Part shown: piece after piece, positions 20,232 to 29,533 of the stretch
Layout: each line of letters opens with the position of its first letter
Numbering within the stretch: the stretch's first letter is position 1
NCBI GenBank assembly: GCA_965237415.1
Contig: CBDEFM010000002.1
Coordinates: 3,392,001-3,456,000 of the forward strand
DNA from: Alphaproteobacteria bacterium
GTDB lineage: Bacteria; Pseudomonadota; Alphaproteobacteria; UBA828
Length of the DNA: 64,000 nt
Reading direction: 5' to 3'
Made by a program: the position numbers and the translations under genes
Notes under the pieces: model-generated
The model's database searches: none
The model's input: only the letters and a program-made list of their open reading frames with translations
What the model was told of the DNA's origin: nothing

Positions 20232-20471
20232 AACTGCGCATGTCCGATGACGTCGGGCAGGTGGGCCATGTCGATCAGCGAGGAGTGTCGTCTTGATGCC
20301 TGGCATCGGCGGCTGTTGTCAAGCGCGCCTTGTTGACCCCCCGCAATCATGCAAGATCAACGGGTTACCGCGCCGATCGGCACCGAACCCGTGCGCCGGT
20401 CGACACACTACTGCTTGGACCACTCCCGGAACCATCCTACAGTTCCGCCGAGGATCACTGCGGGTACGACC

Positions 20472-20708
20472 ATGTCAGACATAGCCACCCTATCATCCAA
20501 GTATCAAATCTCGATCCCCAAGAGAGTCCGCGAATCTCGCAACTGGAAACCCGGCCAGAAATTCGCGTTCATTCCCGAAGGATCGGGCGTCCTGCTCATA
20601 CCGGTTCCCAAAATCGAAGACCTCCGCGGCATAGCCAAAGGCGCCACAATCACCAACTACCGTGATCGCAAGGGGAATTATATAGCTGACTATGCGCTGG
20701 CCATCTAG
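20472..20708 (+). CDS. AbrB/MazE/SpoVT antitoxin, orphan; 3' end supplied by an IS1595 end
   Basis: TLSSKYQISIPKRVRE...KPGQKFAFIP; no toxin gene follows. Confidence 0.85.
   Translation: MSDIATLSSKYQISIPKRVRESRNWKPGQKFAFIPEGSGVLLIPVPKIEDLRGIAKGATITNYRDRKGNYIADYALAI
20673..20690. mobile_element. Isolated IS1595 (ISNwi1-type) terminal inverted repeat
   Basis: GGGAATTATATAGCTGAC; first 12 nt identical to the TIR of the 40661-44765 element. Confidence 0.7.
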
Positions 20709-20860
20709 GCTGGCGCCTCGACCTCGCCTTCCGGCTTCAACCGAAACAGCGCCTGAGCGATCTCTTCCGGGGTCGCGTCGATGGGCGGGAGCGTGACGTT
20801 GGACGAGGGTTTTTCGGTTTTTTTGGATCCGTCAGGGCTGCGGGGCGGCTTTTCAGGCAT
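20705..20860 (-). CDS. 51-aa IS1595-associated small protein (IDATPEEIA motif; not in ORF track)
   Basis: MPEKPPRSPDGSKKTEKPSSNVTLPPIDATPEEIAQALFRLKPEGEVEAPA; motif shared with 40964-41125. Confidence 0.6.
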   Translation of the reverse strand: MPEKPPRSPDGSKKTEKPSSNVTLPPIDATPEEIAQALFRLKPEGEVEAPA

Positions 20861-21055
20861 GGCTCACCATCGGTGGTAGGCATATTCTTTTCTGACCGCA
20901 GGATTTGGTATATATCCAGAATGCTACGGTGATTCATAGCGGCCCCAGAAATGCCGAAGGCCGGGTGGCAGCCCGGCCGACAGCTTACAGGGGTTCGGTG
21001 TAGCTCTGGAGGGCGCACCGAACGGATTTCGTGTGAACGCGGTGAATATCGCCGA

Positions 21056-21223
21056 AAGGCTTATCCCCTTGCTTCCGGTTCGTCTAGATATTGACCTACG
21101 CAATGCAACGGTTTCAGCCGGCGGACTCAGAAAATCACAGCGCAGCCCGTGCCTTATCCGGGCCTTCCAGCAGTGGGAAGGCACGCAACATCATGCGCTC
21201 CCGGAGCCAAGGGGATAAGCCTT
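21056..21223. mobile_element. 168-bp MITE with IS1595 (ISSod11-like) ends and 8-bp TSD
   Basis: TIR AAGGCTTATCCCCTTGCTTCCGG / CCGGAGCCAAGGGGATAAGCCTT; ATCGCCGA at 21048-21055 and 21224-21231. Confidence 0.85.
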
Positions 21224-21318
21224 ATCGCCGAATCCCGCGAACCGGTCAAGTGTGCCCTCCGCAGATGTCGCCAGCACATGATGTGTCCGGTTTGGTCTCT
21301 CCGTGGGGAGGGACTGCG

Positions 21319-23201
21319 GCGCGACGATCAAGATGAGACTCCGTATTGCCTCATTCTTGGATGTTCCCGAGCTTCGAGGTGCTTGCCTCACGTCGATGTT
21401 CCCCAAGGTCACGGCTTCGCTTCACTTGTCACGGCTGTGTCCCCAGGCGTGGTGCTGGAGTTCTGGCAGCGTCGGCAGCTGTGGGTAACCGGCTTGCCGC
21501 AGCGACCTCCATGAGTCTGGCGGCGGCGAGCCGGTTATCCACAGCGGTGGCCAAGGCAAGATCGGCCTTGTCGGCTGGTGCCGGTACCACGGTGTCGGAT
21601 TGGCTCGCTCCAAACACCAGGTCGTGGGCTTGCTCCTGGCGCCAGACCTGCACGCGGCGTTGCAGCGTACGCAGAAGATTGTCGGGATAACGGTCGGGAT
21701 GCTTTGCCTGTAGTTGTTCGAGCAGTTGACGGCTCGTTCGCCACGGCTCGGCTTCGAACCATTCCCGCAACTGCTCGGTGACGTCAGCCAGGGGATCGGG
21801 CCTGCGGCGGCCCCGTTTCGGCTTTGCAGCGGGCCGCGCCGTCGGCCGCACATCACCATCCTTCCATGCCGTTCGCAGCCCGGCGAGAAACTCGTCGATC
21901 GGCGGCACACCGGCCGGCGCCGATTGAACCGCCACGGGCCGGTCGGCAAGATCGACCAGACGCTGTTGCGCCCGTCTCATATCCCTCAACAGGCGGATCG
22001 GATCCAGGGTCGCGAACGGCGCGCTCACTTCGTCGCGAACGCTTTGCGGTGTGCGCTGATCCGCGAGCAGGCGTTGAAAGGGCGTTGCCGGAGGATGGTA
22101 GCGTTTACACACGTGGGCGCCGTCGCGCGTCTTGCTGGCGAGCTTGAATGAGGGCTGGAAGAAATTCACGAACAATCTCACTGTGGCGTAAAGCTGCGAC
22201 AGTGCAGCCACGGCCTCCGGGCCCTCCAGGCGGCGATAGCCCACGATGCGGCGAACGATCGCGCCGTTCTTCTGCTCGACAAAGGCCTGATCGTTCTTGC
22301 GCCAGGGGCGGCAACGCGTGAACTCGATGCCGGCGTCGCGGCAATAGTCCCGCACCGTTTCGTTCATGAACACGCTGTCATTGTCGGTGTCGAACCCGAG
22401 CAGGTCGAACGGCAGGAGCCTGCGGACGGCCGTCAAGACCGCGCTCACGAGCGTGCGCTCGCGGAACAGCAAGGGAGCGCACTCCGTCCATCCCGTGGCG
22501 ATATCGGTGAGTACCAGCGTCTGGACAAAGCTCCCGCGCGTCACCGGGCCGCTGTGAGCCACCAGATCGGCCTCGGCGAACCCTGGCGGCGGATCCTGCC
22601 AGTCAGCATAGGTGCGCACCGGAATACTCCGCCGCACCGATGACGATGCGAGCGAAGATCTTCGGCGCCGCCCGCCGGCCTGCTCTCGTATGCTGCGAAG
22701 TGACCGGTCGATCGTCGCCGCACTCATGGTCAGCAAGCGGCATCGGACATCGTCGGCGAGCTCAAGATGACCATGCCGTTCCATGGCTTCGACGAGAGTG
22801 GGAAGCAGCGGCTTCAGGCGCTTCCCGCAAATGCGGTCCGACGCTTCCCACAACACAACCAGTGCCTCGCGCACCGCATCGTCGTAAAGCCGCCGGCCAG
22901 CTCGCAAGGCTGCCGCTGGGCGCGACGACGAGCCGCCTCGCAGCAATCGCATCACGTGCTTCCGGTGATAGCCCGTCACCGCCACGAATTCATCCAGAAT
23001 GCGCGTCTTCTCCTCGCGTCCGCTCTCGCCATACCGCCGTGACAGCGCTGCCACAAGTTCATCCCGTGTCGCCATGCTCACCCTCCTCATACCCAAAGCC
23101 CCCGATCCATTCCCCTCGGGAGCATTTCAGATGAGGCAACGAGTCGCTCAAAAGGAGCAAATCAGGCGAGGCAATGCGGGCTCTCATCCAGATCGTCGCG
23201 C
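21319..23201 (-). mobile_element. Insertion sequence (ISNCY-type rve/DDE transposase) with imperfect TIRs
   Basis: GCGCGACGATC..GATGAGA..CCG.ATTGCCTC inverted at both ends; internal ATTGCCTC/GAGGCAA repeats. Confidence 0.8.
21429..23096 (-). CDS. DDE integrase-domain transposase
   Basis: ILDEFVAVTGYHRKH, EADLVAH, DTDNDSVF, RPWRKNDQAFVEQKNG. Confidence 0.93.
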   Translation of the reverse strand: MGMRRVSMATRDELVAALSRRYGESGREEKTRILDEFVAVTGYHRKHVMRLLRGGSSSRPAAALRAGRRLYDDAVREALVVLWEASDRICGKRLKPLLPTLVEAMERHGHLELADDVRCRLLTMSAATIDRSLRSIREQAGGRRRRSSLASSSVRRSIPVRTYADWQDPPPGFAEADLVAHSGPVTRGSFVQTLVLTDIATGWTECAPLLFRERTLVSAVLTAVRRLLPFDLLGFDTDNDSVFMNETVRDYCRDAGIEFTRCRPWRKNDQAFVEQKNGAIVRRIVGYRRLEGPEAVAALSQLYATVRLFVNFFQPSFKLASKTRDGAHVCKRYHPPATPFQRLLADQRTPQSVRDEVSAPFATLDPIRLLRDMRRAQQRLVDLADRPVAVQSAPAGVPPIDEFLAGLRTAWKDGDVRPTARPAAKPKRGRRRPDPLADVTEQLREWFEAEPWRTSRQLLEQLQAKHPDRYPDNLLRTLQRRVQVWRQEQAHDLVFGASQSDTVVPAPADKADLALATAVDNRLAAARLMEVAAASRLPTAADAARTPAPRLGTQP

Positions 23202-23344
23202 TATACGGGACCGCGATGAGCCGGACGACGTTGCTACAGGAACGCAGGATGCAGACGTTTCAGAATGTGCTGGGGCACTGGCAGGCACGACGCCTGTGTT
23301 AACGGCGGAGGAATAATGCTCCACGCGGAGCGACCGGACGGTCC

Positions 23345-23425
23345 GGTCGCCGGCACTCGCTCGAAAAACTCAGCGAAGACAGCCTCGTCCGTCACTTCGC
23401 TATCGATTATTACATACCCTGCCAT
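23345..23425 (-). pseudogene. DUF1330 family 5' fragment
   Basis: MAGYVIIDSEVTDEAVFAEFFERVPAT, then homology is lost. Confidence 0.55.
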
Positions 23426-23749
23426 TTGTTCCCGTCTCCTTCCGCATGTCTTGCGCCCGCGCCTCGACCTACAGCTCGAGCAGGTTCCCGATGACGCGGT
23501 CTATGTGACTCACCGCATCGGGCGCGACGCCGAGGCCGGCGGGCTCCCACGGCACCTCGACCGCCGCCGCCACGTCGAGCCATCCACCATCGCGCACCAT
23601 TCAGGTGGTATGTCATTGGAAATGCAAGCGCAGTCTGCGTTTCCGGCACACCACCCGATGCAGGCCGCCCAAGGCCACCGAACAGATTCGGGCCAACGGA
23701 GTATCAGGCTGCTTTCCGGGGTCGCAGCAGTGCCTCTCCCGCTGTCCGG

Positions 23750-25495
23750 CTACTGGCGCGAGCCCTCGACCTGCACGGTAACGATGTCTATGCCGTGATA
23801 TTTCCGGTGGCGCACGGACGAGGCGTAATGGCGCAGCAGGCGGAAGGATATCTCGTGTTCATCCGGGACCTCGGCTTGGTCGCTGAGGTATGCCAGCCGA
23901 TCTTCGATGTTCTCCTTCTCGAAGACTGCCAGGAACTCCATCTCCACTGTCCCGCCGCGGGGACGAGCAATTACGATCAAGCGCGACGCGTTATCAGCCG
24001 CGTAGTCGCCAGCTGGTTGCAACAGACTCAATAGCGTCTCCTCACCGGCGGCACGCAGCCGCTCCGTCGAAGAAACGTTCCAACCGATCTTGGATGCAAG
24101 TTCGAGGAGAAACGCGTCTATCTTGGGCATAACGGAGATGTCCAGCTCAACTTCCAAGCGTGTACGCCGCGGGCTGCTCAGCTCCATGAACCAGGTCATC
24201 AGAATCGTAGCCAGAACGCCGGCCGTCATGCCGTTGCCGAGTACCGCGCTCCATGTCCCGTCCAACAGGTCTGCGAAGATATTCTGATTCTCCAAGCCCA
24301 CGCCGATGGAGAGCGCCACTCCTGCCACCACGGCCTTTCGATGATCGAGGCCGTCCTGCACGACCATCCGCATGCCCTCCACGAAGAGTAGCCCCATTGC
24401 CGTCAATACGAAGACCCCCATGACAGGGCTGGGAACCGTGAGCATGATGGCCGTTAACTTGGGCATGAACGCCAGCCCGACCAAGATGATCCCTATGGCG
24501 TATCCAACACTGCGCGCGGCGACCCCGGTGAGGCTGATGAGAGTCACGCTGATCGGCGAATAGATGATGGTGGGTGGCGTCCCTGCAATTCCGCACAGCA
24601 GAATGCCCACGCCGTTGGTGTTGAGTGCGCCCTGGATTATGCGAAAATCGATCGCCCGCGGTCGGCGCCGCGAAATCTGTTGAATGACGATACCGTCGCC
24701 GCTGGTCCTGACGGCGACCACGAGAGTCACAATCACGAAGGTCGGCAGAAGCGCCCAGAACTCCGCACCCGGTGTCAGGTCCAAACCCGGCCATGCCGCG
24801 ATATCCGGCAGATCAATCCAGGGCGCTTCGATCACTCTCTGAACATCGTATAGTCCGAAGACTGCGGCGACCGCACAACCCGCCGCGATTCCGATGAGCG
24901 GCGACCACAGCCGCCAGATCCCTGAAGCCCGCAACGCCAGTACGGTGACGGCGGCCAACGTCACTGCGGCCACGGAGATACCCGCAGCCGGCAGCGCGCC
25001 CGCGGGTACCTCCATTACACGGCCGACCGCGATCGGCATGACCGTGACTGCTATCAGCATGAGCGACATGCCGGAAACCAGCGGCGTGATGATCCGGCGT
25101 AACAACGGGAGCCAAGCAGTCAGCGCGAACTGAAACAGCGACGAAACGACGATGAGGCTCGCCAGCATGGAAAGCCCGCCCTCCGTCAGCGCCACGACCG
25201 AGACTGCTATGAAAGGGGCCCCGGTGCCCGTCGTGAGCACGTGCCCGGCTCCCAGCCGCCCGAACCGACCCGCCTGCAGAGCGGTAACAGCTCCACCGAT
25301 TATCAGCGCCGCGAAGACGGCCCACGACAGGTAGCTCTCGCTCTGATCGGCCGCCCGGACAGTAATGGTTACTATAAATACCGTGCTTGCCAGGGTGAGC
25401 ATGGCACCCTCAAGGGCGACGCCGAGCGTCACGAGAGGTGGGCACCGCTCGTCCGGCTGATAGCGGATATTCTCGTTTACGTGGGCCGCGGCCAA
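23750..25495 (-). CDS. NCS2 (xanthine/uracil) family permease with a C-terminal soluble HATPase-like extension
   Basis: IRYQPDERCP N-terminus, many TM segments, LTGVAARSVG, PKLTAIMLTVPSPVMG; about 140-aa hydrophilic tail. Confidence 0.85.
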   Translation of the reverse strand: MAAAHVNENIRYQPDERCPPLVTLGVALEGAMLTLASTVFIVTITVRAADQSESYLSWAVFAALIIGGAVTALQAGRFGRLGAGHVLTTGTGAPFIAVSVVALTEGGLSMLASLIVVSSLFQFALTAWLPLLRRIITPLVSGMSLMLIAVTVMPIAVGRVMEVPAGALPAAGISVAAVTLAAVTVLALRASGIWRLWSPLIGIAAGCAVAAVFGLYDVQRVIEAPWIDLPDIAAWPGLDLTPGAEFWALLPTFVIVTLVVAVRTSGDGIVIQQISRRRPRAIDFRIIQGALNTNGVGILLCGIAGTPPTIIYSPISVTLISLTGVAARSVGYAIGIILVGLAFMPKLTAIMLTVPSPVMGVFVLTAMGLLFVEGMRMVVQDGLDHRKAVVAGVALSIGVGLENQNIFADLLDGTWSAVLGNGMTAGVLATILMTWFMELSSPRRTRLEVELDISVMPKIDAFLLELASKIGWNVSSTERLRAAGEETLLSLLQPAGDYAADNASRLIVIARPRGGTVEMEFLAVFEKENIEDRLAYLSDQAEVPDEHEISFRLLRHYASSVRHRKYHGIDIVTVQVEGSRQ

Positions 25496-25642
25496 CAGTC
25501 ACACCCCATCTAGTCACTTGAATCTAAAGTGCGCCACATAAAGACAACTATATTGCACGACCACATTCTTCGACAATAGAGCGACTTAGTGTGACGACAC
25601 TGCCAATTGATAATGATCTCAACTTCAGTGTCAGGTGACTAG

Positions 25643-25830
25643 CCCGGAAACATCACTACGGGTGGCGCATGGGGCCGGGATCTCAGGTATTAGGTGGGTG
25701 ATTCCAAACACTTACTTGCCCAGAGGGACCGTCCCCATGCAAACAGACTGTACCGCGAAGCACTTGTCATTTGAAGGCACCGGACGTCGGACTGCGATGG
25801 GTCGTTTCGGCGCGCCGTTGCGGACGGCGG
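25643..25830 (+). mobile_element. IS1380-family left end and 5' transposase fragment
   Basis: CTAG|CCCGGAAACATCAC end; ATG 25737 MQTDCTAKHLSFEGTGRRTAMGRF resembles the IS1380 N-terminus. Confidence 0.6.
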
Positions 25831-26019
25831 CCATGGAACGCCCGACGAGCTTGGTCCATGCCTCATGGTGGAGACCGAGGCGGGCGTTCAGCTTGTCGCA
25901 GCTATGGAGAGTTCTCCATAGCTGCGATTGAACTGAGCCGCGTTCCGAAGCGGGGTGCCTTGCCCGCCGGTTGCTCAGAGTGATTTCCCTACCGTAGGCA
26001 AGTTGAGTGGGATCGTCCG

Positions 26020-26200
26020 CCTCACCACCACTCTCGCGACGAAGGGTTTCAACAGGCGGACGATAGCCGCAGTGTTGCCCGTCGCCTCGAGAACGACTTC
26101 ATCATCCGATCTGAGGCCGCGGCCGAACTTGACGACAGCGTCATGCTCCAGGTCCAGGCGCTTTTCCTTGACGATCTCGGTTCCCTCCAGCACCTGTCGA
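26020..26200 (-). pseudogene. IS110-family transposase N-terminal (DEDD) fragment
   Basis: RLDLEHDAVVKFGRGLRSDDEVVLEATGNTAAIVRLLKPFVARVVV. Confidence 0.75.
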
Positions 26201-26331
26201 TGACGGTCCAAAAGTGCGCCTATTCGCTGCATTCAGCACGTGAGTGCGGTGACGATGTAGCAGCTTGTTTGGCGGGTGGAAGCGTGCCTCGTCGGAGCTG
26301 TGGATAGGCGGCTTGTCGCAGCGACCGCCCT

Positions 26332-27090
26332 CGTCTATGGACGCCCCCGGTAATGCAAGCTTTTCTTTGAACGGCACGGTGCATGCGGTCAGGTGCTGTC
26401 GTCTATCCGGCCTGTTGATGCGGCATTTCGATCGCCGCTGGCCCGTATGGAGATACGCGAACCGGGTCCAAAATCGAGTCTGCGAGCTTGAACGCTCTCA
26501 GGACGGTGCTGGTTTTCCCGATCCGGTCTCATTGACCGTATGCCCTCCTTACCTGTCCTCCGACCTGCCCACATCCCCGACGGCTTCCCGCGATTGTCCG
26601 CCCTGTCAGGCGGTTGCGGGAACCCGATAGATCTCCTTCTTCGCCGTCACCGCCCAGGCGACGCGCGCCATTTTGTTGGCCAGCGCAACCGCGACGAGCA
26701 TCTTCGGCTTGCGCGCCAGCATTTCGGCCAGCCAAGGATCCCTCGTCTCGCCACCACGGCGCTCCGCCGCTTGGATTACAGACATGGCACCCGTGATCAA
26801 GAGCCGCCTGAGATCGCGCTGGCCCATCTTCGATACCTTGCCAAGCCTTGGCTTGCCGCCAGTCGTATGCTGTCGCGGCACGAGGCCTAGCCAGGCGGCG
26901 AAGTCGCGCCCGCGCCTGAAGCTCTCCATCGGTGGGGCGAAAGCCTGTACTGCCATGGCCGTGATCGGCCCGATGCCCGGGATCGTCATGAGCCGTGCCG
27001 CCTCTTCGTCCTGGCGTGCGCAAACGCGGAGCTCCTTCTCCAAATCGTAGATCTTCGCATCGAGGTCTGAGACCTGACCGAGCAGTAGGT
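26332..27090 (-). mobile_element. IS110/IS1111-type right part: C-terminal transposase (26606-27090) plus about 270-nt 3' non-coding end
   Basis: LMTIPGIGPITA, FAAWLGLVPRQHTTGGK, VALANKMARVAWA; end motif TATGGACGCCCC at 26336. Confidence 0.85.
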
Positions 27091-27358
27091 CATCGTCGCC
27101 GCCCTACTGCGCCTCCTCGACGGGTACGGCGCCGCCGAGCTCGAGGCGGGCATCGACGAGGCCCTGAAGCGCGGCGTCCCCCATCCGAACGCCGTGCGCC
27201 TGAGCCTGGCCCGGCGGCGCGAACTGCGAGACGAGCCCCCGCCCATCCCCGTCGACCTGCCCAAGCATCCACGCCTGCGCGATATCGCGGTGCGCGACCA
27301 CGATCTCGGCGGATACGACGGACTGGCCGGTGAGCCCGAAGAGGACAGCGAAGAATGA
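27091..27358 (+). pseudogene. IS21-family IstA C-terminal fragment
   Basis: LLRLLDGYGAAELEAGIDEALKRGVPHPNAVRLSL...HDLGGYDGL*, with an ATGA overlap where istB would start. Confidence 0.7.
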
Positions 27359-27587
27359 CCGACACCGTACCGTGCGATCCAAGGGATGCCTCTCCAACAA
27401 GACGGCGCTCGCCATGGTCTTCAAACTCGCCCAGGCGGCACAGAACAGTTGGCGCCGCCTCGACGGACACAACCAGTTGCCCAAGCTGATCGTCGGCGTA
27501 AAGTTCATCGACGGAATCGAAGCCGTCAGGCAACAACCTCAAGCCGCCGCCTGACCCAAACCGTCACCAAGATTCGGCTATAGCTCC
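27359..27587 (+). mobile_element. IS256-family 3' fragment and right end
   Basis: RHRTVRSKGCLSNKTALAMVFKLAQAAQNSWRRLDGHNQLPKLIVGVKFIDG. Confidence 0.85.
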
Positions 27588-27781
27588 CATGGCGCTCATT
27601 CGAGGCCGTCGAGCTCGCTACTCTGGAATGGGTCGATTGGTTCAACAACCGGCGGCTCCTGGAGCCCATCGGAAACATCCCGCCGGCCGAAGCCGAGGAA
27701 CGCCACTACGCCATGCTGCAGCAGTCAGACATGGCGGCGTGACTCAAACAAAATGGCCTCCGCCAAACCCGGCGCGGTTCA
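27587..27781 (+). mobile_element. IS3-family orfB 3' fragment and right end
   Basis: PWRSFEAVELATLEWVDWFNNRRLLEPIGNIPPAEAEE; ends ...CCCGGCGCGGTTCA. Confidence 0.85.
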
Positions 27782-28049
27782 GTCCAGGCAGTAGGGGCCC
27801 AAGAATGCCGTCGAACTGTCTACAAAACCGGTGCCCTCATTTGAACAGATTTTCCTGTTTGCCTGCGCGCGGGTTTGACGCTGATCGGCTCGCGAACCCG
27901 TTGATTTTCCGTGAGAAATAGGGGTCATAGCTTCACGCCGAATCACATCTGTTATTAAGCATGCGACTTTGACCCCTCAGAATTTCGCTTTCCCAATAGG
28001 TTACAGTGCCGATCGGCGTCGAGCCCACTAGCCGAACAACAGCGTTCGG

Positions 28050-28079
28050 AGGATTTGAACCTACGACCCTCAGCTTACG
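28050..28079 (-). other. Degenerate tRNA 3'-half (putative att-site remnant)
   Basis: Minus strand CGTAAGCTGAGGGTCGTAGGTTCAAATCCT resembles the anticodon-to-T-arm region of tRNA-fMet. Confidence 0.55.
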
Positions 28080-29343
28080 GGGACCCAAGCGCCGCCCTTC
28101 CCCCGATAACGCGGCTGGGTTCTGCTCTCATCAAGGCCTCGATGTGATCCGCTATGTGTTGTGCCGGCCCGCGCAGCTGCCCGATCGTCCAGTCCGAGGC
28201 GTACCCCTCGGTGACGTCATTGGGCGGCGCATGGTTCACGAGCCGCTTGGTCAGGGCGTGCGGGAGCATCAACTCGCGCTCGGCCACGGTGATGAAGCAG
28301 TTGCGCAACCCGTGGAACCAGAACTTGGCGCCCCCGGCCTTGCTGATGCGGCGATGGAAATAGGTCAACTTCACGAAATAGCCCGTGCGGCTGGAGCCGG
28401 AGGGAAACACCCAACCGCCCGGCAAGTGACCGATCTCGGCCCACCGGCGATCGAGAATGGCCGCCAGCTGCCGCGTGATGGGCAACTCCAGCGGCTCGCC
28501 GGTCTTGGTCTCGTCCACACGGAAGACGAGCTCCTCCCTGTTCACACGCTCCCATCGGAGCGGCAGCACCTCACCGAGCCGCATGCCGGTGTACATGCCG
28601 AACCAGAACACGTCCCGAAGGGCGGGGTTGCTCACCACGGCCTCGATGCCTTTCCGCCAGCACGGCAGGACCTCGGCCGGCGGCGGGATCTTGCGGCGCG
28701 GCTTGTTATGGAACCTGCCGCCGCCCGCGAGCCAGAGATCCACGGGGTTGGCCAGTCCTTCAAAATCCACGCAGGGCCGGCGATAGACCGAGCGCAGCAG
28801 AGACAGGCACTGGTTGGCCGTCGCCCAACCGTGACGCTCGGTGATGCGGTTGAAACGGTCCTCCACGTCGCTGCGGGTGATGGCGTCGAGGGGGCGACCA
28901 AGCCAGTCGCCTAGGGGCCGCTCGAAACGGTCGCGGTAGGACTCGTTGGTGCTCGCCTTGCGCTTGGGATTGGCCGCCATGTACTGCTCGAAGGCCTGCC
29001 TGAGCGGCGGCATGCGGCGGCTCCTGGCGCGCTCCGCCGCCGGGTCCTCGCCCATGGCGACCATGACAAGCAGCTTGTGAGCCTCGCGACGCGCCTGCTC
29101 GGGCGCTATCCTGTCGCAGCGTCCGAAGACGAGCCGCTTGTTTGGCGCCGTCCTGCCACCCGCACCCAGGCGGTAGTTGACAATGAAGGACTTGACGCCC
29201 GAGGGGTGTACCAGGACGCCGAAGCCGGTGAGTTTGTCGTCCCAGGCGATCCATGGTTTGTCGGCGGGCTTGAAGCTGTCGATCGCGCGCTTGGCGATTG
29301 TGAGCTTGACGCGCGCGACGCGCTTTCCGGATATCATTGGCAT
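28075..29343 (-). CDS. Tyrosine recombinase/integrase with arm-binding domain
   Basis: WDDKLTGFGVLVHPSGVKSFIVNYR, YTGMRLGE, ETKTG, FHGLRNCF, LVNH, TEGY (R-K-H-R-H-Y present). Confidence 0.95.
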   Translation of the reverse strand: MPMISGKRVARVKLTIAKRAIDSFKPADKPWIAWDDKLTGFGVLVHPSGVKSFIVNYRLGAGGRTAPNKRLVFGRCDRIAPEQARREAHKLLVMVAMGEDPAAERARSRRMPPLRQAFEQYMAANPKRKASTNESYRDRFERPLGDWLGRPLDAITRSDVEDRFNRITERHGWATANQCLSLLRSVYRRPCVDFEGLANPVDLWLAGGGRFHNKPRRKIPPPAEVLPCWRKGIEAVVSNPALRDVFWFGMYTGMRLGEVLPLRWERVNREELVFRVDETKTGEPLELPITRQLAAILDRRWAEIGHLPGGWVFPSGSSRTGYFVKLTYFHRRISKAGGAKFWFHGLRNCFITVAERELMLPHALTKRLVNHAPPNDVTEGYASDWTIGQLRGPAQHIADHIEALMRAEPSRVIGGRAALGSP

Positions 29344-29533
29344 GGGAGCATGATCGCATGACGCGGGAGTACGATCAACACCTAGTACAACACCGCAAAG
29401 TCATGTCGGGGGTGTTCCTGAGGCCTCTAGACCTTATACAGGTCGGATGGAGCGCCTGTATTATACTGTTATAGCAACGTTTAGCGGTCTACGGGGATGC
29501 CAGGCTATCAGGAGGGACTATGAGTAACTCTAG

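Noticed and set aside
27935-27970. Chromosomal dif site
   Set aside because: No convincing XerD arm (TTATG.. pattern); only loose symmetry.
28021-28100. Intact tRNA gene
   Set aside because: Only the T-arm and part of the anticodon region match; no acceptor stem, D-arm or CCA.
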